A stretch of 64,000 nucleotides of DNA, taken from contig NC_057755.1 of assembly GCF_004010195.1 (NCBI RefSeq), forward strand, positions 5,997,474-6,061,473, in the 5' to 3' direction. The notes below the pieces were generated by a model. It was not told the origin of the DNA, ran no database searches, and worked only from the letters and a program-made list of their open reading frames with translations. The DNA comes from Chiloscyllium plagiosum (taxonomy: Eukaryota). Positions 1-12,370 of this stretch are shown here, piece after piece. Each line of letters begins with the position of its first letter. Positions within the stretch are counted from its first letter, which is position 1. The translations under genes and the position numbers were made by a program.

Positions 1-107
1 GTTTACTGCATCTAAGAAGAAGGATCAATCGGATTTTTATGAACTGGAAACGCCGTAAAATATTCGAGTGCGCTTTCAGATGTACAGCTTCTTCATTTAT
101 TGGGAAA

Positions 108-981
108 TTATGAAACCAGAGATATACAGACGTTCTTGATTTTCTCTGTAAACTTGAACTGAGTTACTGCATAAATACATTTGTTTGTGCAGCAACTTAA
201 ATTCCGCAACATGATTCTGAAATTTCCAAGTATTATTTTAGATTCAGTGTAATCTATAACTCCAGTAGAGGAAAGAAAGGAGTTTATTACAAATATTAAA
301 CATAGAACTATGAAACTACCAGATATGGGTGTCCTCTAAAATGGCCGCCTTCCTTCTGCTTTCCATCTCTGTGTTTTTTGTGTTTCTAACCACTTCTTTG
401 AGCCTTCAACTCCTTATGGACTCTGCTGGATGCTAAAATGTGTCTGACAGTCAAAGCAGTGATCAACGGAATTAGAGCAAATGGAAGAAGTGGGTTTACA
501 GCTTTAGCAAAATAATCATATCCAAACCATCTGCGATCAGTATTACAACTTGGTTTTGCAGAACAAAACCATGGTACATTGTTAACTATCTTCTAGGGCT
601 CATAATTAAAATAGATGGGAACATTTTTCAGGCGAAGCAGAATGCAGGTTGTTGAAAGCACCACAGCTGCAATTTTCTCTGTGCAAAACAGTGCTCTTAT
701 TTTATGGCAACAAACAGCTGCAAATTGATCAAAAGAGAAAGCCATGGTGAACCGAACAGAGAAATCTATGACTGTATCAAACAATGCATTGTGGACACTA
801 CATGCAGGAGTGATGTCGAGGAAAAATTCTGGAGTTTCATAATAATAAACAACTTTTCTCAACATGACTTCAAGTATAATGACCAGAAGTTTTGCCATTG
901 CCATCGCCACGGGATAGTGAATTGTGCACTTTTAAATGCCACAATATCCACGGGATAGAATCATAACTGCCAGAAAAATAG
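108..981 (-). pseudogene. GPR139-like class A GPCR pseudogene (copy 1), exon 2
   Basis: Acceptor cag at 982-984, then (A)IFLAVMILSRGYCGI*; TAA at 932-934 and TAG at 593-595. ORF 593..910 has AMAKLLV and FSFDQFAAVC (degraded DRF). The 3' part reads LSCCTNKCIYAVTQFKF..*. Closely parallels 41839..42710. Confidence 0.93.
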
Positions 982-2239
982 CTGCTTGTGAAACAAAGGA
1001 AAAGACGATGGAAGTTAATCAGCAAACGTCTTTTTTATCTGACACGGTCAGTATAGAAATGTCGAAGCAATCTTAAGGTTTTTGCAGCTGTGAAATGTGA
1101 AATTTTCGATGCCAAAGCTAAAATGACTTCAGAATTACCAGGTTTTCAGGTAGCGGAGAGGTGTTGATTCCTCAAATACATGTGCCTTGTCTTGATCAGT
1201 GTCTGATTGAGATTGGGGAGAGTGCAGGCTAACACTCGAGTCATTATTTGAATTTTCAGAGATACAGTCACCTCTTAATCTGTTTGATCCTGATGGAATT
1301 GTTTCTCATTTAAAACTGAACTTCTTCACGGACTCCTGAGGGAATTAAGCTTTTTCTCCTTAAGCCTACACTCAATACCACTGTTCCTAGCATTACTGCC
1401 CAGTCATGGTTCACTCCTCTCTACATTTCGTACACAACTCCGAATCAGATGTTTTCCCTGAATGGATGGCTTTTCGCCTTCTTTCGATGCAACAGGTCTT
1501 TTCTAGTTATCAATCATGTGTCTCCATCCTCTGCCAGCATGAATGCCTGTGTGAGCTCATGAAATTGGAAAGAGGAGGAGGTGGTCCGGCCATTCGAACC
1601 TGAGTTATGTTCATGGCGATTCGAATTATCTCTAATTCCGTTCTAGCCCTAATCGCCAGTTACTCATTTATACAGCAGAATCAATCTAACTGTCTGAAAA
1701 AGACTGCATTCCTCTCCTTTTAGTGTATTTACAGCAAGAGAGTATACCAGACTAACGTTGAGATGAAAATTAGTGTTCTTCTCTATCTTGCATGCGTTTG
1801 GTCTTACACCTCGAAGAAGCCCCGTGCTATTGTGACTCCCACAAGATGAAAATATCCTTCCATTTGCAAAGTACCATCAGCATAACGTTCATCGTTTCCA
1901 TAACTTGTTTTCCCAAGATTTAGAAGGCAGACTAAATTACAACGGAAAGAATATTAAAAACCTCTCTGGTAGTGGGGGAAAAGCCAATTTTTCCAACTAA
2001 AAATAAACCAGTTGTTCAGCCTGCATCCCCACCATTAACATGTCGATGCAACACACACTCCCATACACCCCTTAAATCCGCAATGGGCCTGTCAACAGGT
2101 GTGTTATCAAGGTAGTTTTAACCTCACTTGTATTCAGAACTGAACTCTGATTGGAGAGTTGTTTTTATTTTAATGAATGCTGAACTCCCTGCGTACATTT
2201 CTTTGTCTGCCCGATCCGAATTAATTTTAGGAGAGGCGA

Positions 2240-2560
2240 GAGCCGAGTGATATTATCTTCAGATAGTTAATCCAGAGACCCAGATAACGTTCTGGCCACC
2301 TGGGCTTGAATCCCATCACGGGAAGGTGATGGAATTTGATTTCAATCAAAATGTGGAATTAAGAATCGAATGATGACCATGAGCTGCTTGGCGCAAACCC
2401 ATCTGGTTGACTGATGTCCGATAGGGAAGGAAGCTGCTGTCCTCACATTGTCTGGCCTACATGTGACCTCAGACCCAAGAAACGTGGTTGACTCTCAACT
2501 ACCCTCTTGGAATAAGTACTGGCTGGCCAACGACTCCCTAATTCTTTGAATGAATAAAGA
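2240..2560 (+). mobile_element. tRNA-related SINE-like interspersed repeat
   Basis: B-box-like ggcttgaatccc near the 5' end; body aaacccatctggtt..gatgtcc..agggaagg is shared with 24150-24380; ends in gaataaa. Confidence 0.5.
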
Positions 2561-3479
2561 GAAACTGTTCATAATCTGCGTAAAATTAACTTAGAGTTTG
2601 GCGACAGCAAAACAAAATGGAAAGATGCTTCCATGTGGCTCCAGACCACACAGGAGTATGGCAGTGATGCAAACTGATTTGAAGTTCTAAGACTCAAATA
2701 GCACGCTGTGGCAAATATCGACCATGTTCACCATTATGGTGACGTGGGAGAGCTAGAATCTGCTAATGATCCAGCATTGGAAAGATGGCACCTGTCAGAC
2801 TGTGGAGGAGAAATGACAGTCCTGTATTTGAAAATGTTAAGCAATCGAAATGGACTGCTGATGAATACTTTTCCTACTGCTGATAAAATCTTATGTCTTA
2901 TGAAAAAGAAATTAGCGTTCAGAGAAGGAATTGCTCAAGGTCTTATTGAATGTTCGCGAAAGCAAAAATGCCTGAATGCATCCTCCTATTCGTATATTTT
3001 TAAGTTCAATGTTTTACCAATGTCGCAAAAGATGAAACACTCAAAATGGCAATTGGATTATCAAATGATAATTATTCTGCAGTAAGTCAAAAATTAAGTG
3101 ATGTGTCACAGTTTTTTACTTTGTCAATTGCTCCTTTTCGGTAACATGGTTAACACATCAGTACTTCTGTTACATTTCATACACTGCCCTTATACGGAAA
3201 GAATCACCACCCGTTCAACATAATTTTGTGCTTTGATGTCTTCCATGCATAATTTTTAAAAGTCAGATCACTCTCATACCTCTTCCATAAGATACTGCTG
3301 CAGATGAGGGTCCTGCAACTTCAGATATACTTAAATGTACGCAAACAAATATTAGCAGGTGCTATGAAATTGAGACAGAATTTGATGGAGAATCTCAGCA
3401 GATCTGCGAGCATGTGTGGAGAGAGCAGAAAAGATAAGCAAGACACATTGGAGTGTAGTCACTCGAGTTTAGAAGAATA

Positions 3480-3820
3480 GCGCAGACGATTCACTCTATC
3501 CATGCCTCATAATTTAAGATATTTCAATCGGGTCTCTCCATAGCCTCCTGTGGTCTCGGGTAAACAATCCAATTTTTTTCAATCTCTCTTTGAAGCACAT
3601 GCACTCTAATCCAGACAAACCTCCGTTTCACTCTTCACAAGGCCACCTTTTTTCACCAGAACTGCGCACAATACTCGAAGTGTGACTTAATTAAAGTAAT
3701 ATACAGCAGCAACATGATTTGGCAATTTTTATACTCATTACCCCGACTGATGAAGAAACACATGCCAAAAACAATCTTTATGACCTTATCTCCCTCTGTT
3801 CCCTCTGTTCCCTCTTTCAG
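3480..3820 (-). mobile_element. CR1-like LINE fragment
   Basis: Similar to the reverse complement of the CR1 ORF2 3' region seen at 44800-45100 (ccagaactgc..caatactc). Confidence 0.6.
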
Positions 3821-4399
3821 AAGCAACTCCTGAAAATATTGACATTACAAACAATGGCTAAGTGGCACTCTGTAAACTCTTAGAATGTGCATGTGTAAAA
3901 TGCATGCACAATGCTTTGAGGACATACTATAAGGGGCTTCCAAATATACCAAATGGAAACGAGCATGCTTTTGAGAGGTGTCTACAGATAGTCTGACAGT
4001 TGCCCTTAATATAAACAAGGGACAACTGCAGTTAATATCTGTGAATTTTGAGACCCTTTTGGAAAGCATTAATACAAGTTCCCATAATTGATGTGTTCAC
4101 GAACTTTTTCAGTGAGAAAGGAATCTCAAGACCAGTTTCCATTAGTGAGAGGATTGTTGTAAATTGAAGGTGATATTCTGTGAAAGGTCGAATGCCTAAT
4201 AAAGGTACTGCATCGATGGAATCCACGTATTGGCCTGAAGTAGCCAAGTGCAACATTTGTGGAAACAGCTGTGTTTTATCATTTGGATCTGTGACTCCAG
4301 CCTTTGGGTTGTTGTTGGATAAGGAAGAATTTGTTTGTCTAATACAATTAACCACAGCGTAATAGATCCAGGTGCATTGATGTTTCAAGCAGTGCTTGA

Positions 4400-5215
4400 A
4401 TGCTATACCATTATTTTTTTCTGATTGAGGGCACTTTTGCCATTGACCTGAACAGTGGCAGAGTGTTTGACTTTGCTACAAGTAAGGCATTGCACTTTGG
4501 TTTGGAGAATAAGCGCAGACGTCAGGGCAATGTTGCCAAACAAATTGAGCTTAGGATATAGATTCACAGGTAGACAGGGGGTGAACATGGCATTTGGTAC
4601 AGTTGTGTTTACTTGTATCCATTGGAGTCATGTTGCAAATGTACACGACATTTGGTAAACTACTTTGGAATATTGCATTCAATTCTGCTTCCCTTGCTAT
4701 ATGAGAGATGCGTTTTGCGCCTGTAAGGCTTCCAAAAATATATTTAAGGGTGTTGGCAATATCGTAAAAATGGGATATCGGAAGAGGCTGAGTAGGCTGG
4801 AGCTATTTTCCCTGTAATATCGGAGGTTAAGGCTGGCAAAATCAAGATAGACCTTGAAGTGGATTTTGGTCAAAATTTATTTTTCCCCAGCGTAGGGGGA
4901 GTCCAAAATCACAGGGCATAGTATAAAGGTGAGGCGGGGGGGAAGATATAAAAGGGAACTGAGAACAAGTTTTCATGGAGAGGGTGCTTCATGTATGCAA
5001 ACTGCTGCCTTTGGAAGTGGTGCACGCTTGTACAACTCCAATATTTCAAACGAATATGGAGTGTGCAGGAAAAGGAAAAAAATGTAGAGGAATGTTAGCT
5101 GAATGCTGCCAAAGGGGGCGAGATGAATTTAGGACAGTTGGTCGTCATAGACGAGTCGATTGAATGGATTTTTTAAACCTTGTAGTGCAACAATGTGCTT
5201 CTATGAAACTATGAC
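4400..5215 (+). mobile_element. CR1/HER1-like LINE 3' fragment, degenerate
   Basis: Colinear with 44620-45417 (tggaatattg..caattctg, gagctattttccctg); ends in a ctatga-type tail. Confidence 0.75.
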
Positions 5216-5538
5216 TACTCTTTTTAAAAGGACATGACGTAATGTGGTAATTGCCAAAACTATTGCAATTTCTCATTTCGATTTCTACATGAAACGAGAC
5301 AGAACAGGCCATCTCATTATTCCGAAAGTTGCAGAATTAACCCATGGAGGCAATTGCTGCAAAGGGTGGGTCAGGTTAAGGCTGTTTGTGAAGCACATAT
5401 GCTCGGTGAAACTTCAAGATTTCTTTCTTGGCCTCATGTCTTTGTAGTATTAATTTTCACCCTCTACCTCTTGATTCCCAGTGCATGAAAATGAAGAGAT
5501 TAATTTTTATTGGTATGTGTAAGGAATGACTCTTTATG

Positions 5539-5612
5539 AAAAATCCACGATAGGTCAGTGAAGCCATGAATCGTCATTAAAAATCCACGACAGGTCAGTG
5601 AAAGCCATGAGT
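5539..5612. repeat. ~40-bp tandem duplication
   Basis: aaaaatccacgataggtcagtgaagccatga followed by aaaaatccacgacaggtcagtgaaagccatga. Confidence 0.9.
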
Positions 5613-6134
5613 CTACATGAAAAGTTAACTACTTATTTTAAACAACTGCACAACGGAAGAATATAGAAAGAAGCATGCAACAGAATAGCACAGAACTGTA
5701 GACTAAAATGTGGGTTATTTCATAATTGAACTAAATTCATTACTTCCAGAGTGAAAACATGCCTTATAACAAATATAAATAGATGGAGATTCACAAAAGG
5801 ACAACAGCACTGCACACAACAGTACGCAACAATGAACATAAATCTACAGGAATTGATGTTGCCAATTGTCTTCTTCAGAATGGTCATGACCTCCCTTCTA
5901 ACAGTGCACAGTTTTACACAAAAGTTAGTAAATCATTGTCAGAAAGCATTTGAGCTTCCAGCAGTGGTTAACTATCATCTGAAGAGGTAAAATGAAATTA
6001 CCGAGACAAATCATCTCATTTGATCCAACAACTGACTGCTTGATGTACAGTGTGTATAGTTGTGATCAAAATGTAGCATTATCAAGCGCAGTGTAACATG
6101 CATGCATAGATGTTCGATTATTATTCTCACTTAT

Positions 6135-6210
6135 AAAGTAGGCCAACTATAGCACGGATCACGTAGTACACATTTTTTAAGGCCGTACTTTTAAAAAGTC
6201 AGTTCTACGT
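6135..6210 (-). pseudogene. Degenerate exon 1 of GPCR copy 1
   Basis: Reverse strand reads ACG TAG..AAA AAT GTG TAC TAC GTG ATC CGT GCT ATA GTT GGC CTA CTT T|ataagt. Homologous to exon 1 at 48997..49069, including the flank cgatta..attctcactta. Start ATG>ACG; donor GT>AT. Confidence 0.85.
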
Positions 6211-6810
6211 TAACATGTGTCGCTTTATAATGTCATTAAACCCTTTTCATTGTATTCTCTGGGGATAAAACCCCACGACCATTCATTTATCCTTTGTCAA
6301 ATTTCCATGGCTATATTGTACTTACAATAAATTGTGGCCAATTGTGAGCCCCAGGCTGTTTACACTCGTGAAAGTTGAAATATTATTTCGCTTATGTTTC
6401 GCAGCTGTGGTAGGTGATGTCAATGTCATGTTTTCCAATGACAGCAAGAATAAACAATTTATGACTTTGCGTTGCATTCCATCTGACTGAAGTGGCACAC
6501 TGTGCAGAGACACGACTGCACACTCTGACGAAGGGAAAAGAAACATTGAAATTATAGACCAACTGTGTTGTCAACTCCAGCATCACAGACATTAATTTAT
6601 TTGTGATTGTTTCTGACATGCCCTTCATTGACATTCAATTGATAGTTTGTGATAATACATATGCTGTCGTTCACACACTTGTAATAAATCGGTCACAAAT
6701 AACAATGTCAAAACGGTCGTATAAATCCATGTTCTTAATTAATGGAAGAACGCATCCGAACCATCAGCGCAACCACAATGTTGAAGTTATAAATGAAGCG
6801 ACTTGAAAAA

Positions 6811-7227
6811 TTAGATTAGATTACTTACAGTGTGGAAACAGGCCCTTCGGCCTAACAAGTCCACACCGACCCGCCAAAGCGCAAACCACCCAGACACATT
6901 CCCCTCCACCTAACACAAGGGCTTTTGCCCGAAAGGTCGATTTCGAAGCTCCTCGGAAGCTCCTGAATTGCTGTGCTCTTCCAGCACCACTGATCCAGAA
7001 TCTGGTTTCCAGCATCTGCAGTCATTGTTTTTACTACGGGAAATTTAGCCTGGCCAATTCACCTAACCTGCACATTTTTTTGGATTGTGGGAGAAGACCG
7101 GAGCAAACCCACACAGACACGGGGCAAATGTGCAAACTCCACACAGAGAGTCACCTGGGGTGGGAATTGAATCCGGGTCTCGGTCGCTGTGAGACAGCAG
7201 TGCCAACCATGTGCCACCGTGCCACCC
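6811..7227 (-). mobile_element. HE1-type tRNA-derived SINE, interrupted by a PLE-derived insert at 6918-7034
   Basis: Reverse strand has an A-box-like tggcacatggttgg, a B-box ggattcaattcc, a CR1-like tail gaagggcctgtttccacactg and a (tctaa)n end. Confidence 0.88.
6918..7034 (+). mobile_element. PLE-derived short element carrying the 3' half of a hammerhead motif
   Basis: gggcttttgccc GAAA ggtc gat..gctcctcgg..ttccagcaccac; same family as 33403-33588 and 63820-63912. It splits the SINE sequence taacac|tacggg. Confidence 0.75.
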
Positions 7228-7235
7228 AGTTTCCA

Positions 7236-7470
7236 GCAATGAGCTGCAAGAGCTTGTACACTGTGGAAAGATTGCAATTAATTGCCACTATTTGTATACT
7301 GTAGAAAGATGGCAATGCGCCGCCAGCGTTTGCACAATGCAGGACGATAGTAATGAGCTGGCAGGATTTGTACACAGTAGAACGATGGCAATGAGCTGTC
7401 AGTTTTGTGAACTGTAGAACGATGGCAATAAGCTGCCAGTGTTTGTACATTGCAGAACGATGGCAATGCG
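7236..7470. repeat. Minisatellite, ~38-bp unit, ~6 copies
   Basis: Consensus approximately actgtagaacgatggcaatgagctgccagtgtttgtac, with diverged units. Confidence 0.9.
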
Positions 7471-10299
7471 GTTTCAGAATTGATAAAATAAATATATTTA
7501 AGGATTGCAAACGTATTTCCTTTCATCGCTTCTTGAGCAACATTTGGCGACAATTCATATGCATTCCTACTGAACTCACTTTTATTGTTATGTTCCTTAG
7601 AACACCTGATGCAACTCCCATTCACTTCCTCCCATGATTACGTTTATCCCATGTTCATACAGAAACTCTAACAGCGTGTGAAATGAAATGAAATTGACTG
7701 ACTGAGACCAGACAGTGGTTTCTCACTGAGAATAACTGCACTTTTGACGAGACACTAGTTTCATGCCCTGATCTGAATTGAACTTCGTTTGCACGTTATC
7801 GATTGTTGCCGGCTAGATCTTGATATGGACGTGAAGTTGATTTCTTTCAACTCACTGAAAAAATCTGCACTTATTTGAATTCTCTGCTGTTTTCTACTTC
7901 TTCAAAATAATGTTAAAAATGCCCGATTGAGCATAACGACACTCCAGAAAAAATGCAATTTCAAAATAATTATACTATATTTAATGACAGTTCATGAAAT
8001 GCATTCAGAACCATTATGCACTGATGGTTATTCTCAAGTACAAGCACAGCGTGATAAGGTCTCCTAATCCCATTGTGTACCGTCTTTATAGATCTGTATG
8101 AATATATCCCACAGAATGTCACGCCTCAGTAATTCTATGTCAGTTGTTGTCCGCTTCAACACTACAGGACATTGCACTTAAGAAGGTAAATCAATGTTGG
8201 AAAGTTTGTGAGCAACAAATAGCGGTTTATCAGTACTAAGAGGACGAACAAACGTTCGGAGACAAAACAAGACATTTGAAAAAACTAGTGATTGTCTATA
8301 GTGATCACCACGTAGTATTATCAGACACGATTTAAAAATTTAAAGTTCTGAAACGTTTATATTCATTTGCAGGGCAGACGAAGGATAGCATGGAGCATGT
8401 AGTACAATTTCTGGATTTCCTCCTCAAGAAATATCTTTCTTGAATTAACAGTGGGTCTCATTGTTGTGCAAGTAACCATTCCGTTTTCAGTTCTTTGCTG
8501 ATCAAATCGCAATACCACGGACTGACACCTTGGTAAGGTTGTATTGGTGATATCCCACTTGCAACATTGCTTAACATTATGTTCTACACTTTTCTTTAAA
8601 AAAAAAGACAGTAAATGGAATGTGAACTGCAATAATCTCCCTTTCATTTCGTCGAGACTTGGCACTCAGCCTCAATAGCACCACTTCAATCAACGTTAGA
8701 ATAGAATAATAAAGAACACATTGAAGCTGCACACTTACAGTATCAATTCCAGCATCACAGATTCAAGCATATAACTGCATATGTTCCCAGATCCTTCCGT
8801 GAATGAGAACATTTGTGCTTTGCATTGTCATTTTAAATGGGCACTCGTACGGCTATTTTCATTCTCTCTGAAGTAAATCTGCCACAGACAACTGTGAATA
8901 ATCGGTTCAATTAAGATAGCCACTTCATTCAGAGAAACACAAAACTGTTACAAATTAGAATGTGGGCATTAGGCTCAGTGTGCTTTTTAAAATTGTCCAT
9001 TCTAATCTTATTAATGCCAATAACAGTACAACATTACGACAGCAGTCTTCAAACTGCCATAATGGCAGTCTACGATAGAAATTTAAGCAAGAGTGAAGAC
9101 GAAAATGTAACTTAATTGAGAGTAAAATACGTGATTGCGCCTTCCATGTTTATATACTGTACTTACTTTATTACAAAAATATAATTTATTAATTTAAAAA
9201 TTCTTTATGTGCACACATAAACACTCAAACGTTTCAGTTCTGCAAAGTAGCAAAAGAAAACTGGACAAACGTTGAAGGTGGACTGAATCCAACCAAACAA
9301 ACATTGTGCAAGATAATATTTGCATTTTTTATATTCTATTTTAACTTAACTTTGATTTTAGTTGCACTGTGAAATATTTTTGGCTGTTCAATACCACTGA
9401 AATTTCATACATTTTTATCTTGAAACGTTTGCCGAAACTAATATGAATAATATCGGCTTATTTAATTTACATTCTCAAGAAGTGATTTTAACAAACATTC
9501 CAAGCCCATATGTGGGTGAAAGAGGATATGTGTTTCATTCATTCACAAAGCTTTTCCATACAAATGGTGGATGAGCGAACTCCTGTCCAATCAGTGCAAT
9601 GTAGTTCAGGATGAATATGCCAGACAGCCAAATAATAATTCCTGGTGGAGTGCAGTTCCCTGAATAATCCTTACAGAGGGAAGGACTGACAGATGGACCA
9701 TGTATCAGAATAGTGGGATGACATTGCGATAAATGTAATGAAATGTTTTCTGTAGAACTGTTATATTGGAGATTGATGATGTACAGGCAGAGCTGGCGAT
9801 GGCAAGGAATAAACTCACAGAGAGCTGTGTGTCTGATTTATTGGTGATAGATCGTTGCATTGGATGACGGCTGACTGATATCACTTCAAAAGTAGTGTTG
9901 CAAAAATGCTCAACGACATCGAATGGAAAGAAACTATTACAGAGGCAGAGAATGGTGTCACTACAAATGCACTTTAGATTAATGGTAATGAATTGACTCC
10001 TGAATATTTCTATCATATATGACTTTTCTTTGATGTTCATTCGGAGCTCATCTGAAAAAGGTCTAAATTGCACTTGTACAGGAGTGAATATTTCGAATGT
10101 TTATCATCCTAAACAATACGAAGTGCACACAATTTCCTTCCATCCCATCAATATCTATTTGCAATGCCAGCAAAACTTTTACCATGGTTTGATGCACTTC
10201 ATTAAGAGGTCAAGTAAAAATCTCGCATTTACTGGCTACAAACATTGTGGCACAGCTGTTGCATTCTCAGATTTATATGTTATTCATTCATTGTGTAAA

Positions 10300-10612
10300 T
10301 TATGAAAACAGAGATTTCAAACCATTCTTAATTTTCTCGCTCGACTTCGACTGATTTGCTGCATAGATAAGTGTATTTGTCAAGCAACGTAAATTCCGGA
10401 ACATGAATCCAAACTCTTGCGATATCATTTCACTGTGTAACATTTTTCTCTTAAAGTGTAATCACGGAAGAATAAAGCTACCAGATACGCTGAAAAGAAA
10501 CATGACAGACTTCCACCTACTTTGCATCTTTGGGTTGCTGTGCTTAACTCCACGACTGCAGACTTTCAGTTTGATTTGGACTGGGCTGGATAGTAAAATG
10601 TGTCTGACAGAG
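10300..10612 (-). pseudogene. 3' remnant (end of TM5 to C-terminus) of a GPR139-like gene (copy 2)
   Basis: SVRHILLSSPVQIKLK..NPKMQSRWKSVMFLFSVSGSFILP* ..TLIYAANQSK..KIKNGLKSLFS*. The 5' portion is replaced by a PLE fragment. Confidence 0.88.
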
Positions 10613-10975
10613 TAGATAGGCAGGACATTGAAAGAACGCAGCAAGCCAGGCAGCAGCAGGAAGTGGAGAAGTCGACATTTTGGGTGTAACCCTTCTTCAG
10701 GACTGGGGATGGGTGTAGGAAGAGCTGTAGATAAAGTGGGTGGCGAGGTCAGGGTTGTGAAATGTGGCTAGGTGACGACAGGTAAAGGTTGCACCTTGTT
10801 GGTCATTGGGAGGAATGAATGCAGTTGGTGGCACGGAATTTTAGAAAGAACGGGGAAGTGTTGGGAAGAGTGTTGGAAAATGGAGAGAGAGGATACTCGA
10901 AATTGAAGAACTCCATATTGCGTCCTCAGGGCTGTAGGGTGCCCAAGAAGAAGCTAAGCTGTTGTTCCTCCAATG
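10613..10975 (-). mobile_element. Penelope-like element 3' end with decayed hammerhead motif
   Basis: Reverse strand encodes EQQLSFFLGTLQP*GRNMEF (GIY-YIG C-terminal-like), then a pyrimidine-rich tract and agtc CTGAAGA agggttacaccc aaaa tgtc gact (10670-10704). Confidence 0.7.
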
Positions 10976-11739
10976 GGAGCTATGGTTTATTTTGTCAGAG
11001 AAAATATAATGCTGCCAGAACCATAGCAGGTTAAAAGGCGACCCGCTCATTAGAGAAATCACAAAGCGTTTTTTTCCTGAGAGTCACTAGGACTCAGGTG
11101 AGGGTGATAGGTATGGAGATGGGTCATTTGTGGCAGCTCTAGCCCCGTGTGGGAGAGAAACCACGCCGTTGTCTTCACTCTGTATCGTAAAGCCACCAGG
11201 ATGTGACAGCAAAAGAATGTCTAATCCTTGATGAAAGGCCATGGAAAATAGAGAGTGGTGGTGGGAGAATGCTTTTCACAATGAGGACCAGCTGCTGGTG
11301 GTGGCAGCGTTTTTATTTCCAGTTAAGATATTCACACATTTTATAACACACCTTCAGAGAAAGTTGGTCTTGAAACCAATCCTTCCGGCTCAGAGAAAGT
11401 CGCTACCACTGTACTATAAGAGCTCCCTTTTCAACGCTACTTGAGTTGCTGTATTATGAGCCCAGCAGAGATACCACTGCACCGTCACTTCACAAGATGT
11501 TAAAATTTAAATTGGGCTTTCTTAGTTCCTGCTTGAACCATCGATTGCAAATGTACAAATTTTTATCAAAGTCATGATGAGGTTTAGCTCTGCCTGATTG
11601 GGAAAGTGGACTGTGGCAGATGTATCTCGAAGTCGTACCTGATGATCGGATTCTTCATGAACTAACCAAATCGAAACACAAGGTTATTTTACAACTGGAA
11701 AACCAGAAAAGACCGAGACATTGTTAGCTTTCCTGGGTG

Positions 11740-12370
11740 TTCAGTGCCATTAATAGAAGTGTTCGGCACCGTGTCCTAACATCCGCCATTCAATAAGATC
11801 ATGCCTGATGTTTTCGTGGCCTCAGCTCCACTTACCTCCCTCTCACTCTAAAGCTTCGTTCATTTACTGTTCAAAAATCTATCCATCTTACCCCTAAAAA
11901 CATTCAATGAGGAAGCCTCAACTACTAATGGGGCAGGGAATTCCACAGATTCATAAAACTCTGGTTGAAGAAGGTCCTTCTCAAGTAAGTTCTAAAGCTG
12001 CTCACCCTAATTTGGAGGCTATGCCCTTTTGTTCTCGTTTCACTTGTCAGTGGAAACATTCTGCCAATTTCGATCTTATCTATTCTCCTCATAGTTTTGT
12101 CTGTTTCTTTCAGATTCCCCCTTTATTCTCCTAAATTTTAATGAATATGATCCCAGCCTACTCAGGCTCTCCTGAGAAACCAGCCTCCATCCCCCCCCCA
12201 CCCCCAAACTTTGCAGTCAACCTAGTGAATCTCCACTGCACCTCTTTCAGTGCCAATTCATCCTTTCTCAAGTAAACAGAACAAACCCAGACGCAGTACT
12301 CCAGGTGTGCCATAACCACAACTAGATATAGCTGCAACATAATCACTATGTTTTCAACTCAATACCTCCA
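11740..12370 (-). mobile_element. CR1-like LINE 3' fragment
   Basis: ORF 12158..12346 HLEYCVWVCSVYLRKDELALKEVQWRFTRL matches the CR1 ORF2 C-terminal motif. Confidence 0.8.

Noticed and set aside
2708..3085. 125-aa ORF with LAFREGIAQGLI, faintly piggyBac-like
   Set aside because: Only one short motif, with no catalytic region or terminal repeats visible.
7150..7227. tRNA gene
   Set aside because: The A/B boxes belong to the tRNA-derived head of an HE1-type SINE; no full cloverleaf.
7236..7470. CRISPR-like array of ~38-bp periodicity
   Set aside because: The whole unit repeats with no unique spacers, there are no cas genes, and the context is vertebrate. It is a minisatellite.
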